A DNA stretch of 64,000 bases from Eledone cirrhosa. Its lineage: Eukaryota. Position 1 is the first letter of the stretch. The number at the start of each line of letters is the position of its first letter. A program made the translations under genes and the position numbers. The stretch is from positions 3,534,001 through 3,598,000 of the forward strand of contig OZ024760.1 in NCBI GenBank assembly GCA_964016885.1, in the 5' to 3' direction. Shown here piece by piece: positions 62,421 through 64,000 of the stretch. A model generated the notes under the pieces. The model did not search any database. It saw only the letters and a program-made list of their open reading frames with translations, and had not been told where the DNA came from.

Positions 62421-62605
62421 ATTGTTTCTACTTTAGGCACAAGGCCAGCAATTACCCAGTGCGTGACTGGTACTTTATTTTATCGACCCCGTAAGGATGA
62501 AAGGCAAAGTTAACCTTGGCGGGATTTGAACTCAGACTGTAAAGGGACGTAACTATGCTAGAAAGCATGGCGTCCGACCCTCTACCGATACTGCCAATCC
62601 ACCGC
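62419..62605 (-). mobile_element. tRNA-derived SINE, full length, inverted relative to 60102-60287
   Basis: Its reverse complement shares 40 identical nt with 60102-60141, plus the B box, body and tail. The ORF track shows MPKVETI from both copies on opposite strands. Confidence 0.9.
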
Positions 62606-62665
62606 TATATATACATATATTCTTATAATATATATATATGGATAAATATATATATATATATACTG

Positions 62666-62697
<32 letters not shown>

Positions 62698-63295
62698 AGT
62701 GTGTGTGTTTCTAGGTAGGTAGTTATAGATATATATGGAGGATATCTAGTTTTATGTGTTTTTCTTTTATGATGGACATATTTCATATTTAGTTTAAAGT
62801 GCATTGCACGTGACTTCCTATTTATGTGTGTGTGAATGAGAGAGAAAACACTTTTATGTGGACATATGTATGTGCGTGTGTGTATGAGTGTGTATGTTTG
62901 TGTGTGTGTGTGTGTATGTGTGTGGTGTGTGCGTGTGTGTTTATGTGTATGTGTGTGGTGTGTTTTTCTGTGTGTGTGTGTGTGTTTCTCTCTTTCTCTG
63001 TTTGTGGTGTGCGTGTGTGTGTGTGTGCGTGCGTGCGTGTGTGCGTGCGTGTGTGTGTGTGTGTGTGTGTGTTAGCATATGAGTATGAGTGGAATCACGA
63101 GAAAGTGACAGAATGTGAAATGGAGACGGACGGAGTTTAAGAATAGTTTGTGTATTGATATGAGTAGTGGGGTGAGGTGTGTGAGTGAAAGACAGAGAGG
63201 GGAGAGAGAGAGAGAGAGAGAAGGAACAAGTATGTTTGTGAGAACATGAGAGAGAGTAAAGGATACTGAATTAAGCAGATTGAGTAAGGAGAGTA

Positions 63296-63327
<32 letters not shown>

Positions 63328-63682
63328 AGAGTGTGTTTGTGTGAGAGAAAGAGAGTGTGTGAAAATGAGGGAGAGAGTACGTGTGTGTGTGTATGTGTGT
63401 GTTATATTTATACATATATGAATGTGAGTACGTGTTTTGTGTGTTTTGTGTGTTTTGTGTAGTTTGTACACTGTGTAGTGTATGTTATATGAATGCAATG
63501 TAGAGGATATGTATGTGTGTAATATGTGATATATGTGTGTATATAGTGTGTATTATATATATGTATGTGTAGTACGTGTGTGTATGTAATGTGTATGCAA
63601 TGTGTTGTATATGCGTGTATGTGTATAACGTTTAGTATATATATATATGTGTGTGTTTATGTGATGTGTAGCATATGTGTGT
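62606..63682. repeat. Compound degenerate (TA)n/(TG)n/(GA)n microsatellite field
   Basis: Long imperfect dinucleotide tracts; source of the CVCV, THTH and ERER ORFs. Confidence 0.9.
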
Positions 63683-63713
63683 ACAAAGCAGCAGAGACGC
63701 TGCGGTGTGGCTA

Positions 63714-63726
63714 GTTGCTAGGCGAC
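63714..63726. promoter_or_regulatory. RFX X-box-like motif GTTGCTAGGCGAC
   Basis: The reverse complement GTCGCCTAGCAAC is one mismatch from the RFX/EF-C site GTTGCCTAGCAAC. It sits in a ~100-bp unique island among microsatellites. Motif match only. Confidence 0.3.
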
Positions 63727-63790
63727 AAAGAGCCATTACATGACAATACAAACCTACCTCCCAGAGTCGATCAATTTTTACTGAAGATTG

Positions 63791-64000
63791 ACTAATATCT
63801 GGGTCTCTACTGTGACCACACATACATACATATATACATACAAACATATATACACATATACACACATATATATACACATATATATACATACATACACACG
63901 TACTAATAGCTGGGTCTCTACTGTGACCACACATATATACATATATACACACATACATATATACATACTACCACACGTACTAATAACTGGGTCTCTACTG
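63791..64000 (+). repeat. Composite repeat: 32-bp motif ACTAATAnCTGGGTCTCTACTGTGACCACACA separated by CA/TA microsatellite spacers; truncated by the right edge
   Basis: Copies start at 63791, 63902 and 63979 (partial), giving spacings of 111 and 77 bp. Confidence 0.88.

Noticed and set aside
57801-63966. Short ORFs (60-212 aa) in the right flank
   Set aside because: All derive from microsatellites, SINE tails or AT-rich DNA; none has a recognisable domain.
63791-64000. CRISPR-like repeat-spacer pattern
   Set aside because: The spacers are CA/TA microsatellites of unequal length and similar to each other; no leader or cas genes.

Overview
Eukaryotic genomic DNA, most likely an octopus or other coleoid cephalopod. 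That assignment is an inference from the SINE family and the microsatellite-rich flank, not a database match. Positions 1-57720 (about 90% of the window) are one uninterrupted tandem array of a 24-bp unit, ACC ACA GAC ACT ACC ATC AGC (A/T)CC. There are roughly 2,400 copies, the array continues past the left edge, and it contains nested higher-order duplications of about 2.3, 2.5, 3.1, 4.5-4.9 and 18 kb. Five of the six frames of the consensus unit lack stops, so most long ORFs in the supplied track are artefacts. Only the + strand frame reading TTDTTIS(S/T) is never broken by a recurrent stop variant. It is interrupted at six single-base indel sites, most of which look like read errors. The array is therefore either a giant (>19,000-codon) Pro-free, Thr/Ser/Asp mucin-like exon or a satellite that grew out of the adjacent (ACC)n microsatellite; the sequence alone cannot decide. 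The last 6.3 kb is non-coding: four tRNA-head SINE copies (two forming an inverted pair), a 79-bp TA-flanked MITE nested in one SINE, a decayed RTE-like LINE fragment, a foldback element, many microsatellites, an RFX X-box-like motif and the start of another composite repeat. No conventional gene, RNA gene or CRISPR array is supported.
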